A stretch of DNA of 64,000 nucleotides from Myxococcales bacterium (lineage in GTDB: Bacteria; Myxococcota_A; UBA9160; SMWR01): NCBI GenBank assembly GCA_022561775.1, contig JADFQO010000003.1:4304-68303 (forward strand), written 5' to 3'. Position 1 is the first letter of the stretch. Each line of letters begins with the position of its first letter. The position numbers were made by a program, and so were the translations under genes. This document shows, piece by piece, positions 30,696 through 41,463 of this stretch. The notes below the pieces were generated by a model that worked only from the letters and a program-made list of their open reading frames with translations, made no database searches and was not told the origin of the DNA.

Positions 30696-31135
30696 CGGTT
30701 CGAGTCACGGTGCCGCCGCGATTGCGACAGCTACCCCGGATCGACTCCCGCCTACTCCGGTCTCGCGCAGTTCGCGTGCTCAGAAAGGTGGGTCAGTCGA
30801 ATTCGGAACTCTCGATCGCGATCGTGCTGGACGACGAGATTGCGGCGCTGAATTCCGAGCACCGGGGAATGCGTTTCGCGACCGACGTCCTGTCGTTTTC
30901 CCTGCTCGAAGGTGCGCACAGCGACCAGCGCGGCAAGCTTCTCGGCGATGTGGTGATCGGAATCGAGACCGCGGCTCGCCAGGCGCGGGTGGCCCATAGG
31001 GGCCTGGAAGAAGAAGTGGCGAAGCTCCTGATTCATGGGATCCTCCATCTGCTCGGGTGGAACCACGAAGAATCTGCGGAGGCCAAGCTGATGCGCGCGG
31101 AAGAGCGGCGACTGTGGCGTGCGATTCGCTCTTGA
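30692..31135 (+). CDS. ybeY: rRNA maturation endoribonuclease YbeY
   Basis: TDVLSF, LGDVVI, HGILHLLGWNH. Confidence 0.95.
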   Translation: MTVRVTVPPRLRQLPRIDSRLLRSRAVRVLRKVGQSNSELSIAIVLDDEIAALNSEHRGMRFATDVLSFSLLEGAHSDQRGKLLGDVVIGIETAARQARVAHRGLEEEVAKLLIHGILHLLGWNHEESAEAKLMRAEERRLWRAIRS

Positions 31136-32721
31136 CGAATCGGGCGCGGTTCGCGCTGCTGACCGCATATGGGGTCGCGAATTTCCTTTCGTTTCCGCAT
31201 CCCATCGGGGAACGCGTGGTCGACCTCGGCCTGCTCTGTGGTTGGTTGAGTCCGGCGTTGCTGATCCTGGGGTTGAACGGCCAATCGCCCCGGGCCGCCG
31301 CGAAGGCCGCTTTTGTCGCCGGAACCCTCGCGCAATCCGCGATCCTGCATTGGATCTACGTCGTGGCCGTCACCTACGGCCACGCGGCGCCACCGATCGG
31401 TGTGATCGGGGTCCTCGGGCTCGGCGCCCACGCGGGTTTGTTCACCGCGCTCTTTGCGATCGGGTGGACGGTGCTCGGGCGCCGCGGAATGGCTTCTCCC
31501 TGGGCGGCCGCGCTGCTCTGGACGGGTTTGGAGTACACGCGTTCCGCGGGCCAGCTCGGTTTTCCGTGGGCTGTAATCGGATACTCTCAACACGCCAACC
31601 CCGCGCTGCTCTCGTTGGCCGCCTACACGGGTGTCTATGGCATGTCATTCACCGTCGTGCTCGTGGGTGCGACGCTGGCTGCAATCGTGCGGGATCTGCG
31701 GGCCGCGCGGAGATTGTCACAATCGTCGCGCGTCGCGCTCGCTGGAGTGGCGGTGATCGCGGCGGTGGGCTTCTTGCTGCAGTCGGCGCCCGATCGAGGC
31801 GCCGAGACGATTCGGGTCGCTGTCCTTCAGGGCAATATCGAGCAGGGGGTCAAATGGAACCCCGAATGGGCAGAGCGCACCTTCGCGATCTACGAGGATC
31901 TTTCCCGCAGGGCTGTCGAGGCCGGTGCTGAAGTGGTGGTATTTCCCGAGACTGCGCTGCCGGGAGCGCTGAACCTGGATCCAGCCCTGCGCGATCGGAT
32001 GGCACAGCTCGCGCGCGAGACCGGCGCCGCGTACGTGGTGGGCAGTGTCGCGGTGGAGCACGGGCCCGGCCGGGCCGCGCCCGAGTTTTTCGACAGCGCA
32101 TACGTGATCCAGCCCGACGGCAGTTTCGGCGCCCGCTACGACAAATCCCAGCTGGTTCCCTTCGGCGAGTTCGTGCCGTTTGGCGATTGGCTCAGGTTCT
32201 TCTTTGAAGCGATCGCCCGGGGGATGGCGACCGAGCGCGTGTCGCCGGGCCCAGGGCCTCGCGCGCTTTCGCTTGCGATCCCTACCGCGTCGGCAGCGGG
32301 TGTGACTGCTGGAGTGCCGATTTGCTATGAACTGCTCTTCCCGGACCTCACGCGGCGTTTCGTAAGCGATGGTGCAGTCATGCTCCTCGCGATTACGAAC
32401 GACGCCTGGTACGGGCGGACCGGTGCCCCCTATCAGTTTCTGGCGATGACGGCGGTGCGCTCGGCAGAAAACGGCGTCTGGACCGCGAGAGCCGCCAACA
32501 CGGGCGTGTCTGCGATCATCGATTCCCAGGGTCGTGTTCGATCCCGTACACGGATCTTCGAGCGAGACCTTCTGGTGAGTGACCTGCCGTTGCGCGCGTC
32601 GCCGCGGGGGGGGACATTCTACGCCCGACACGGTGACATCTTCGTCTACGGTTGCTGGGCGGCAATTGCGGCGCTCGCGGTGGGGAGCGTTGCACGAAAG
32701 GCGAGAAGCGATGAGTCCTGA
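31132..32721 (+). CDS. lnt: Apolipoprotein N-acyltransferase
   Basis: GFPW, QGNI, FPE, YDK..LVPFGE, ICYE, TNDAWYG, ANTGVS. Confidence 0.95.
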   Translation: MTNRARFALLTAYGVANFLSFPHPIGERVVDLGLLCGWLSPALLILGLNGQSPRAAAKAAFVAGTLAQSAILHWIYVVAVTYGHAAPPIGVIGVLGLGAHAGLFTALFAIGWTVLGRRGMASPWAAALLWTGLEYTRSAGQLGFPWAVIGYSQHANPALLSLAAYTGVYGMSFTVVLVGATLAAIVRDLRAARRLSQSSRVALAGVAVIAAVGFLLQSAPDRGAETIRVAVLQGNIEQGVKWNPEWAERTFAIYEDLSRRAVEAGAEVVVFPETALPGALNLDPALRDRMAQLARETGAAYVVGSVAVEHGPGRAAPEFFDSAYVIQPDGSFGARYDKSQLVPFGEFVPFGDWLRFFFEAIARGMATERVSPGPGPRALSLAIPTASAAGVTAGVPICYELLFPDLTRRFVSDGAVMLLAITNDAWYGRTGAPYQFLAMTAVRSAENGVWTARAANTGVSAIIDSQGRVRSRTRIFERDLLVSDLPLRASPRGGTFYARHGDIFVYGCWAAIAALAVGSVARKARSDES

Positions 32722-33857
32722 AAACACCAAGCGCGATTTGGATCCCAGCGAGCTCACGGATCGGTTGCGCAAGCTACGCGCCCAATTCGACGAGCTCCGG
32801 AGGCGTCTTTGACCTCGCTGCGTTGCGCCGACGCCTCGACGCGCTCGAGACCGAGACGGCCAGGCCTGACCTGTGGGAGGAGCGGGACGCTGCCGAAAAG
32901 ATTCTGCGAGAGAAGCGATTCGTCGAGCGCGAAGTCGGGTTCTTTGACTCCCTCGAATCCAATCTCGAGGATGCCGAAGTGCTGCTCGACCTGGCCGCTG
33001 AAGCCGATGACGGGCAGACGCGTTCAGAGGCTGCGGAAAAACTCGAAGCCGCCGCGCGAGATCTGGAAGAGGCAGAATTTCGCCGGATGCTCGGTGGAGA
33101 GAACGACGCCTCCAACGCGATCGTCTCGATCAACTCCGGTGCGGGTGGTACCGACGCCTGCGACTGGGCGGAAATGCTGATGCGGATGTATCTACGCTGG
33201 TCCGAGCGGCATGGATTTCAAACCGAGATGATCGATCAGCAGGCGGGTGAAGAGGCCGGTTTACGGAGTGCCACCTTCACCGTCAAGGGAGAATTTGCGT
33301 TCGGTTATCTCAAGGCTGAAGATGGCGTACACCGTCTCGTGCGGATCTCCCCCTTCGACTCCCAGGCGCGCCGTCACACTGCGTTTGCGAGTGTGACGGT
33401 CGCGCCGGAAATCGATGACGCAATCGAGGTGGACCTCGATGAAAACGACATTCGCGTCGACACCTATCGGGCGAGTGGCGCAGGCGGCCAGCATGTCAAC
33501 AAGACCGACTCTGCGGTTCGCATGACCCATTTTCCGACGGGAATCGTGGTGCAATGTCAAAACGAGCGCTCCCAGCACAAAAATCGATCCGCCGCGATGA
33601 AGATCCTGCGGGCTCGTCTCTACGAGCGCGCGCGGCAGCAAAGAGAGGCGGAACAGGCGGCTTTGCGAGGCGAGCAAAAGCAAATCGACTTTGGCAGCCA
33701 GATCCGCTCCTATACCCTCCACCCCCAGCAGCGGATCAAAGATCACCGGACCGATCTCGAGATCGGTAATGTGAGTGCGGTGCTCGATGGCGACATCGAT
33801 CGATTCATTCGCGCCTTCTTGCTCAAGCGAGCCAGCGCGGAATTGGAGGGTGCGTGA
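32711..33857 (+). CDS. prfB: Peptide chain release factor 2 with programmed +1 frameshift
   Basis: Short ORF from ATG 32711 ends GGAGG-CGT-CTT-TGA-C (32799-32813); the +1 frame carries SPF and GGQ. Confidence 0.96.
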
Positions 33858-35332
33858 GCGAACAGGAACGCGAAGCGCGGCGCGCTCGCCTCGAAGCCTT
33901 GCGGAGTGAAGGCGTAGATCCATTTCCCGCCACCGTCGGAGCCTGGCTGCCGATCGGCGAGTTGCGAGAGCGCTACGAACCCATGGACTCCGAGAGCCTG
34001 GAGGCAGAGGCTCAGTCAGTTGCAGTGGTGGGTCGCATCATGGCTTCGCGCTCCTTCGGCAAGTTACTATTCCTGCGGATCGTCGAGGCCGGCGAGTCGA
34101 TTCAGGTGAGCGCGAAGAAGAACCAGCTGGACGATGCGACCTTCCGCTTCATTCGCGATCTCGATGTCGGAGATTTCGTTCGGTTCGAGGGGAACCTCTG
34201 GCGGACCAAGACCGACGAACTCACCGTCGATGCAACTTCGGTCCGGCTGCTTTCCAAGAGCCTGCGTGGCCTACCCGAGAAGTGGCACGGCCTGAGCGAC
34301 GTCGAAATTCGTTACCGACAGCGCTACCTTGACCTGCTCGTCAACGAAGACGCGCGCCGCATCGCGGTCGTGCGAAGTCGAACCGTGAGCGCGATGCGCC
34401 GGTTTCTGGATGCGCGTGGTTTTCTGGAGGTCGAGACGCCGGTTCTTCAACCGCTCTATGGCGGCGCTGCTGCGCGCCCGTTCACGACCTGCCATAACAC
34501 CTATGATCAGGAACTTTATCTCCGCATCTCGGACGAACTCTATTTGAAGCGCTTGGTGGTCGGGGGGCTCGATCGGGTCTACGAGATCGGCCACGATTTC
34601 AGAAACGAGGGAGTGTCGCGAAAACACAATCCAGAGTTTACCATGATGGAGTGTTATCAAGCCTACGCGGACTACCGCGACATCATGGAACTCGTCGAGT
34701 CGATGGTGCGCAGCATTGCGATGGAGGTGCGGGGAACGCTCCAGATCGAATATGATGGCGAGAAGATCGATCTCGCTGGTGCGTGGCCCCGCATCCCGCT
34801 CTGTCAGGCGATTGACGAGGCAACGGGAGTCGACGTGCTCGCCTGTGAGGACGTGGATTCTCTCCGCGCGGCGATCCGCAAGAAGAAACTGGGACCCGGC
34901 GATTCGTCAACCTGGGCGACGCTGGTCGACGACCTCTTCAGTGATCACGTGGAGCCGACGTTGGTCCAGCCCACCTTCATCACAGACCACCCCGTCGAAT
35001 TGTCGCCGCTCGCCAAGCGATCGCAGGACGATCCCCGATTGGTGGAGCGATTCGAGCCCTTCATCGGCGCGATGGAAATCGGCAACGCCTTCAGTGAGCT
35101 GAATGATCCAGATGACCAGAGAGCGCGGATGGAAGAGCAGCTTCGGAGTCAGGCGGAAGGGGATGAGGAGGCCCACCCGGTCGACGAGGACTTTCTCCGG
35201 GCTCTCGAGCACGGAATGCCACCGACGGGGGGTCTCGGAATGGGAATCGATCGCCTCGTGATGATCCTGGCGGACGCTCCGAACATTCGGGAGGTGATTC
35301 TCTTCCCGCACCTGCGTTCGGAGATCCGCTAG
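33854..35332 (+). CDS. lysS: Lysine--tRNA ligase (class II)
   Basis: [41 protein letters not shown]. Confidence 0.97.
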   Translation: MSEQEREARRARLEALRSEGVDPFPATVGAWLPIGELRERYEPMDSESLEAEAQSVAVVGRIMASRSFGKLLFLRIVEAGESIQVSAKKNQLDDATFRFIRDLDVGDFVRFEGNLWRTKTDELTVDATSVRLLSKSLRGLPEKWHGLSDVEIRYRQRYLDLLVNEDARRIAVVRSRTVSAMRRFLDARGFLEVETPVLQPLYGGAAARPFTTCHNTYDQELYLRISDELYLKRLVVGGLDRVYEIGHDFRNEGVSRKHNPEFTMMECYQAYADYRDIMELVESMVRSIAMEVRGTLQIEYDGEKIDLAGAWPRIPLCQAIDEATGVDVLACEDVDSLRAAIRKKKLGPGDSSTWATLVDDLFSDHVEPTLVQPTFITDHPVELSPLAKRSQDDPRLVERFEPFIGAMEIGNAFSELNDPDDQRARMEEQLRSQAEGDEEAHPVDEDFLRALEHGMPPTGGLGMGIDRLVMILADAPNIREVILFPHLRSEIR

Positions 35333-37317
35333 TGGAGAGCCTCGCGGGAGCGGCCTGGGGTGTGTTGAGCGCTACCGGCGGGACGCTCGCGCTCACGTTG
35401 ATCGTCGCGCTCTTCCTCGGGATTGCCGCGCTCACCCTGCTCTTTCTCGGATCGGCGGTGGTCGCGCTCGAGCAGTTCGCACGGGTCTCCTCGAGCTGGC
35501 GAAACCTGGTCGGATTTGGCCTGTGCTGGTCGGGCGTCGTGGGCGTCGGCTATCTCTATCAGTTTCATCCGGAGCTTTCCGCCCAGCCCTGGACCGAGTG
35601 GCTGCGAAGCTGGGTGCTCGCGACCGGAGCGGCGATCGGGGTCGTGGCCGTCGCGACCCTCTCGATCCGGACTGTTCTCAAACGGGTGTCGCCGCCTCAC
35701 CTCGCGATCGGGAATATCGTCGTGCTGGGGATCGGTTACTCGCTGGTGGTCGGCGGGAGCGACAGCATTGGCTACTCGGCCACGCCGCTGTTGATGACCG
35801 CGGCGACCGCGAGCCTGCTCGCGCTGCGGCGCCGAAATCGTCTCGATTCGGAGCGGTCCGTACCGAGCGAAGGCGAGCGGCTGCTTCGCGTGCTCTGCGG
35901 CATGCTGGTTCCGGGGGTCGCAATCGCGCTCGCGCTTTCCGCGCCCAGTATCGGGGTGGCCACCGTTGGCGCGATGATCCTGCAGTTCTACCTCGCCGGC
36001 ATCTTGCTCGCCTTGCTGCCCCTCGCCGCAGCCGGTCTTCTCGATTCTCGAGGAACCTCGGAGTGGTTCATCGCGATTCGCTACCTGATGGCGAAGCGTC
36101 GACAGACCTTCATTTCGGTGGTTACGGGAATTTGTGTAATCGGAATCGCAACTGGCGTGTGGCTCATCATCACCGTGCTATCGGTCATGAATGGTTTCGA
36201 GCGGACCTGGCGCGAGGAGATCATCGGTAACCGCGCGCACTTCACCGTGCACCACAGCCTGGGACCTTTCGGTGACTACGAGGAGATTCTCGAGAAAGTC
36301 ACCGCCATGCCTGGCGTCGTCTCGGCCTCGCCCTACCTCGACGCCGAGGGGATGGTTCGCGCACCCGGAGGCCAGATCATGGCCGTGCGAGTGCGCGGAG
36401 TGGATCCCAAACGGGTAGGGGATGTCACGGATCTTCGCGAAGACCTGCTGAGCGGCTCGCTCGAGGACCTCGATCCCGAGGCTACCGCCGAGGGCGAGGA
36501 TCCAGCGATCCTGATCGGGAATCAGCTCGCGTCTTCCGTGGGCGCCCGTGTCGGAGACTCGCTGTTGCTGATCTCTCCCTTCGGTGGCCCACAGACCCCC
36601 CTGGGCCCGGCTCCCCGACTCGAACGCTTCCGCGTTGCCGGAATCTTCCAATCCACTTTTTTTCAATTCGATGAGGTATTCACCTTCGTGAACCTCGCCG
36701 CCGCGCAGTCGTTCAAGCGCACGGGTGATGTGATCGACGGCATCGAGGCCAGGACCACCGACTTCTACCGCTCGCGGAGCGTCGCGGCCGAAGTTCGCAA
36801 CGCGCTCGGCTTTCCGTATTTCACCCGTGACTGGAACGATTTCTTCCCCGCATTCTTTCAAGCGCTCAAGACCGAGCGGGTCATGATGTTCGTGCTGCTC
36901 ATGATGATCATGGCGGTTGCGGCGTTCGCGATCGTCTCGACCCTGTTGCTGATGATCATGGAGAAGTCGGGCGACATCTCGATCCTGAAGACGATGGGGG
37001 CACGCGACGAGATGATCGAGCGGATCTTCGCGATCGAAGGAACGCTGATCGGTCTGGTCGGAACCGTTCTCGGCGTGATCGCAGGCGTGTCGGTGACGAG
37101 CCAGATCGCCTGGGTCCAGCAACAGATCGAAGCGGTCATTGGTATCGACACGCTACCCGCGAGTGTCTACCAATTCGACACGCTCCCCGCGGAACTCGAC
37201 TTCGGTCAGATTGCGATTGCGGTCGGGATCGCGATGGTCCTCGCATTGGGAGCGACGTTACTTCCGAGCCGCCAGGGTGCGCGCCTCGATCCCGTCGAGG
37301 CACTTCGCTATGAGTGA
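35332..37317 (+). CDS. lolE: Lipoprotein-releasing ABC permease LolC/E with extra N-terminal membrane domain
   Basis: FIAIRYL..FIS..VLSVMNGF, EKSGDISILKTMGA, LDPVEALRYE; ~240 additional hydrophobic residues at the N-terminus. Confidence 0.88.
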   Translation: MESLAGAAWGVLSATGGTLALTLIVALFLGIAALTLLFLGSAVVALEQFARVSSSWRNLVGFGLCWSGVVGVGYLYQFHPELSAQPWTEWLRSWVLATGAAIGVVAVATLSIRTVLKRVSPPHLAIGNIVVLGIGYSLVVGGSDSIGYSATPLLMTAATASLLALRRRNRLDSERSVPSEGERLLRVLCGMLVPGVAIALALSAPSIGVATVGAMILQFYLAGILLALLPLAAAGLLDSRGTSEWFIAIRYLMAKRRQTFISVVTGICVIGIATGVWLIITVLSVMNGFERTWREEIIGNRAHFTVHHSLGPFGDYEEILEKVTAMPGVVSASPYLDAEGMVRAPGGQIMAVRVRGVDPKRVGDVTDLREDLLSGSLEDLDPEATAEGEDPAILIGNQLASSVGARVGDSLLLISPFGGPQTPLGPAPRLERFRVAGIFQSTFFQFDEVFTFVNLAAAQSFKRTGDVIDGIEARTTDFYRSRSVAAEVRNALGFPYFTRDWNDFFPAFFQALKTERVMMFVLLMMIMAVAAFAIVSTLLLMIMEKSGDISILKTMGARDEMIERIFAIEGTLIGLVGTVLGVIAGVSVTSQIAWVQQQIEAVIGIDTLPASVYQFDTLPAELDFGQIAIAVGIAMVLALGATLLPSRQGARLDPVEALRYE

Positions 37318-38020
37318 ACCGCTCATCCGCGTCAGCGGGCTCCACAAATCATTCCAGACCGGGGATGGAACGATCGAGGTGCTGCGCGGGATCGACTTCG
37401 AGATTCAGCCCGGGGAATGTATGGCGATCGTCGGCAGTTCCGGTGTGGGAAAATCGACGCTGTTGCACATCCTCGGAGCACTCGATCACCCGACCTCCGG
37501 AACCGTGGAGTTTCGCGGCGAGGACCTCTTCGCGAACTCGAGCGACGAACTCGCGCGCTTTCGAAGCGAATGCCTTGGCTTCATCTTCCAGTTCCACCAC
37601 CTGCTTCCCGAATTCAACGCGGTCGAGAACGTGATGATGCCCGGATTGATCGCGAACGAATCCCGAGAGCCGCTGCGGGAGCGGGCGGTTGCCTTGCTCG
37701 GGGAAGTGGGCCTCTCGCACCGCGTCGAACACCCGGTGGGGAAGCTCTCGGGTGGCGAACGGCAGCGCGTGGCCGTGGCTCGCGCGGTGGTGCGCGAGCC
37801 CGCGCTGTTACTCGCCGACGAACCCACCGGAAACCTGGATCCCAAGACGGGTGACCAGATGCTCGAACTGCTGCTCGAACTCAACCGCACGCATGAGAGT
37901 GGGTTGGTCGTGGTGACCCACAGCCCGGAGATCGCCACCCGCCTCGGTCGAAAGCTGACCTTGTCGGATGGCTGCGTGGTGCGTACGGAGCGCTTCACCG
38001 ACGCTCCGTTTGCACCATAA
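37310..38020 (+). CDS. lolD: Lipoprotein-releasing ABC ATPase
   Basis: GSSGVGKST, GFIFQFHHLL, LSGGERQR, DEPTGNLD. Confidence 0.93.
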   Translation: MSEPLIRVSGLHKSFQTGDGTIEVLRGIDFEIQPGECMAIVGSSGVGKSTLLHILGALDHPTSGTVEFRGEDLFANSSDELARFRSECLGFIFQFHHLLPEFNAVENVMMPGLIANESREPLRERAVALLGEVGLSHRVEHPVGKLSGGERQRVAVARAVVREPALLLADEPTGNLDPKTGDQMLELLLELNRTHESGLVVVTHSPEIATRLGRKLTLSDGCVVRTERFTDAPFAP

Positions 38021-38058
38021 CCCTTTGACAAATCAGGGGAAATCCGACCCCAAGGGGC

Positions 38059-38087
38059 TTGTCACCCAGTTCGCAGACGACTAGACT
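38059..38087 (+). promoter_or_regulatory. Putative sigma70 promoter of bamA
   Basis: TTGTCA-N17-TAGACT. Confidence 0.55.
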
Positions 38088-38177
38088 TCAGGACGGCCCG
38101 AGGGATGGGGCCTGGACCGTACCGTCCCCCGAAGGCATCCGCTTCCGGTTCCCGGATTCCTGCGACGGCGGAGGTAG

Positions 38178-41100
38178 GTGTTGCGCGCTGCACCTTGTGC
38201 GGAGCGATTTCGAATCCGTTTCGCGCCGTCGCTCGCGCTCTGCGCGGCCGGTTTCGCGATGGCCGCGGCCGCCGTCGAGCCAGCGCACACCGTCGCGGTG
38301 CTTCCCTTTCGGGTCCACAGTGCAAAGCCCGTCGACTACCTCGGAGAATCGATCTCCAATTTGATCCGCTCGCGACTCGAGGCGCGCGGAGAAGTCGCTG
38401 TCATCGACATCTCCCTGTCGGCTGAGGCGAGCCGCCAGGCCTCGGACTCCGATCTGCGCGGCCTTGCGACGGGGGTCGGGGCCGACACGATCGTGAGCGG
38501 AAGCCTCACGGAGCTCGCGGGTCATTTCAGTCTCGACGTTCGCGTGACGCCCGCTGCGATCGGCCTGCGATCGCATACCTTCGTGCTCACCGCCCAGCGA
38601 GACGATGAGCTGCTGGAGCGCGTCAACGAATTGGCCGATCAGGTTCTCAATCAGATCGTCGGAGCAGCGCCCGCCAACGTGGCGGAAGTCCAGATCGTCG
38701 GACCGCCTGAAGCCATGGAGGATTTCGCTCCATTGCTTCAGACCCAGGCGGGGATGAGTTACGACTCCGCTGCGATTCACGATGATCTGACCATGCTGCG
38801 CGCGATGCCCGAGGTGGCAGACGCCGAGGTCGAGACCGAGCGCGGACCCGACGGCGTCGTCGTTCGTTTCAAAGTCGTCATGGCTCAACGCATTCTGCCG
38901 GAGCTGACGTCGAAGGAGGCCTCGGGCGAGCGGGTGGCTGAAGTTCGCGTGCGGGGCAACCGCAGGATCGAAGCCGAGGCCATCAAGGCCCGGATCATGA
39001 CCGAGGCGGGCAGCCGGTACAGTCCCAACCAGATCGCCAAGGATCTCACCGCCGTTCATTCGCTGGGATTTTTCAGCAACGTTCGAATCTTCCGCGAATC
39101 CGGGCCTTCGGGTCTGATCGTGGTTTTCGAAGTCGAAGAGTATCCGGTCGTTCGTCAGATTTCGATTTCAGGCAACGAAAACCTGGACAGTGATGACATT
39201 CGCGACATCCTGACACTGACGACGGGATCCTCCCTCGACTACCCGTTGCTATTCGAAAACCGTGCGCGAATCGAAAGCCTCTACCGCTCCCAGGGTTACT
39301 ACCTGGCAGAGGTCAGCTACGAGATCGCGAACCTCGGAGAAGCGTCGATCAGTGTCGACTTCATTGTATTGGAAAACGAGAAACTCAAACTGCGCGAAAT
39401 CCGGTTCAAGGGCAACGAAGTATTCACGGACAGGCAGCTCAAGCAGGGCTTCAAGACCAAGATCTGGAGATTCTGGTCGCTTGCGACCTCTTGGTTCGAT
39501 CGATCCGGCACCTACTCTGAGCCGCTATTTGTCCAGGATCTCCGTCTCATCGAACAGCGGTATCACGAAAACGGTTATCTCCAGGTCGAGGTGGGCTATC
39601 CCGAAGCCCTTCCCGTCGAGTCCGGGTTGATCGTGACGGTCGAGATCGTCGAGGGGAACCAATTTCGCGTCGGGAGTATCGACGTCGATGGTGACAACAC
39701 CGTCGATCTGGACGGCCTGCGTGAAAAACTGAGCCTCAAGGAAGGGGACATCTTCAACCGCACGTTTCTCACGGAAGATGTCGAAGGGCTACAGCGGCAT
39801 TACACGGATCGCGGCTTCTTCCTGGCGGAAGTGACGCCGCTCACGGATCTCTCGGATCAAGATTTGACCGTCGGCGTCGTTTTTCAGGTCGAAAAGGGGC
39901 CGCTCTATTTCATCCGCGAGGTCGGAATTTCGGGCAACACCCGCACCGTCGACTCGGTGGTCCGGCGCGAAGTTCCCCTGGTCGAGGGGCAACTCTATTC
40001 GTCGAGAGCCATCGAAATTGCGCGGGCGAGACTCCAACGCCTCAACTTCTTCGAAGAGGTCGAGTTGCGCCCAGAACCCACCGACGATCCGCAGCAGATC
40101 GATCTCGAAGTCGAGGTCGTCGAACGCCCGACGGGATCGTTCAGTTTCGGCGCTGGCTTCTCGTCTCAAGACTCGTTTCTGCTGACGGGTTCCCTCGCGG
40201 AATCGAATCTCTTCGGCCGCGGATACGCGCTCAATCTGACGGCCGACCTCAGCTTCCGGAGTCAGCGCCTCTACATGCAATTCTCTGATCCCTACGTTCT
40301 GGGGTCGAACTTCAGCATGACCGGTACGGTCTTTCGGACGTCGATCCGCTTCGAGGACTTCGAGCAGGAACAGACGGGCGCGGAAGTCATCTTCGGCCAC
40401 CCGCTGACCGAGGACCATCGAGCCCGCGCCTTCGCGCGGTACAGCATCCGGAGCCGAAAGATCGACCAGAACTCCAACGTCAACGCCGCAGGGATCATTT
40501 TTCGCGAGATCCTCGGTGGATCGGAGGTCACGAGTTCCGGCGGGATCAATGTCGTCATCGACAACCGCAACCGCCGCCTGTCGCCCACCGCAGGCTACGA
40601 GCTGAACGGAGCGCTGGAATTCGCCGGCCTGGGTGGCTTTACCCGCTATCTGCGCGCCGAGGCGCGAGGCATCTACTACATCCCCGCACCTTCGTGGCTG
40701 CTGGATCAGTCGGCGTTCTCGTTTCGGGCGAGCGTGGGGTACGCGCTCTCGCTGAACGAGATCTCCGACTTCAATTTTGATGTTCCTACGGGGTTCCCGG
40801 CGTTCTTCGGGGACGATCAGCTGCGTTCTCTCGATCAGATCGACACCGACAGCACCCTTCCGCTGAGCGAGCGGTATTTTCTCGGAGGGCTCGGCCAGTT
40901 TCAGCTGCGGGGATTCAAGGCGCGCTCGGTCGGGCCCAGGCGCCCCATCCTGCGGAAAGTCGAAATCGTTGGCCTGGGCACGCTGTTCACGCCGGTCGGC
41001 TACCAGCCCAAACCTGGTGGAGACGGCGTCTGCGTGCCGGCCGGCGCCCTCGACCCGCTTGGTGGCAACGGCAATGGCCTCTGCAACGACATCGACGCCG

Positions 41101-41420
41101 AGGACATCGACGATTTCGACGATCTGGACGAAACCGACGTGATCGGCGGGAACAAATTCATCAGTTCGAGCATCGAATATCGGTTTCCGATTTCGGATAC
41201 CATTGGACTCGAGGGGATCCTCTTCCTGGACGCGGGAAACGCCTTCGCGGAAGGGGATAATATGTTCGATGTTTCGGAGTGGCGGTGGGGATTGGGAGCT
41301 GGTGTATTGTGGTTTTCACCCTTCGGGCCGCTGGCGGTTGTTTTGGGATTTCCCCTGGACCCCACTTCCCAAGATGACTCGCCGGTATTCGAATTTTCCG
41401 TGGGCGGCCGGGGTCTCTGA
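38178..41420 (+). CDS. bamA: Outer membrane protein assembly factor BamA with N-terminal extension
   Basis: POTRA repeats, ERPTGSFSFGAG, NLFGRG, LRGF loop motif, WFSPFGPL. Confidence 0.93.
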   Translation: MLRAAPCAERFRIRFAPSLALCAAGFAMAAAAVEPAHTVAVLPFRVHSAKPVDYLGESISNLIRSRLEARGEVAVIDISLSAEASRQASDSDLRGLATGVGADTIVSGSLTELAGHFSLDVRVTPAAIGLRSHTFVLTAQRDDELLERVNELADQVLNQIVGAAPANVAEVQIVGPPEAMEDFAPLLQTQAGMSYDSAAIHDDLTMLRAMPEVADAEVETERGPDGVVVRFKVVMAQRILPELTSKEASGERVAEVRVRGNRRIEAEAIKARIMTEAGSRYSPNQIAKDLTAVHSLGFFSNVRIFRESGPSGLIVVFEVEEYPVVRQISISGNENLDSDDIRDILTLTTGSSLDYPLLFENRARIESLYRSQGYYLAEVSYEIANLGEASISVDFIVLENEKLKLREIRFKGNEVFTDRQLKQGFKTKIWRFWSLATSWFDRSGTYSEPLFVQDLRLIEQRYHENGYLQVEVGYPEALPVESGLIVTVEIVEGNQFRVGSIDVDGDNTVDLDGLREKLSLKEGDIFNRTFLTEDVEGLQRHYTDRGFFLAEVTPLTDLSDQDLTVGVVFQVEKGPLYFIREVGISGNTRTVDSVVRREVPLVEGQLYSSRAIEIARARLQRLNFFEEVELRPEPTDDPQQIDLEVEVVERPTGSFSFGAGFSSQDSFLLTGSLAESNLFGRGYALNLTADLSFRSQRLYMQFSDPYVLGSNFSMTGTVFRTSIRFEDFEQEQTGAEVIFGHPLTEDHRARAFARYSIRSRKIDQNSNVNAAGIIFREILGGSEVTSSGGINVVIDNRNRRLSPTAGYELNGALEFAGLGGFTRYLRAEARGIYYIPAPSWLLDQSAFSFRASVGYALSLNEISDFNFDVPTGFPAFFGDDQLRSLDQIDTDSTLPLSERYFLGGLGQFQLRGFKARSVGPRRPILRKVEIVGLGTLFTPVGYQPKPGGDGVCVPAGALDPLGGNGNGLCNDIDAEDIDDFDDLDETDVIGGNKFISSSIEYRFPISDTIGLEGILFLDAGNAFAEGDNMFDVSEWRWGLGAGVLWFSPFGPLAVVLGFPLDPTSQDDSPVFEFSVGGRGL

Positions 41421-41463
41421 CGCCTGATTCGCATTCGAGCTGCAAGTAAAGAGGAGTGAGGTC

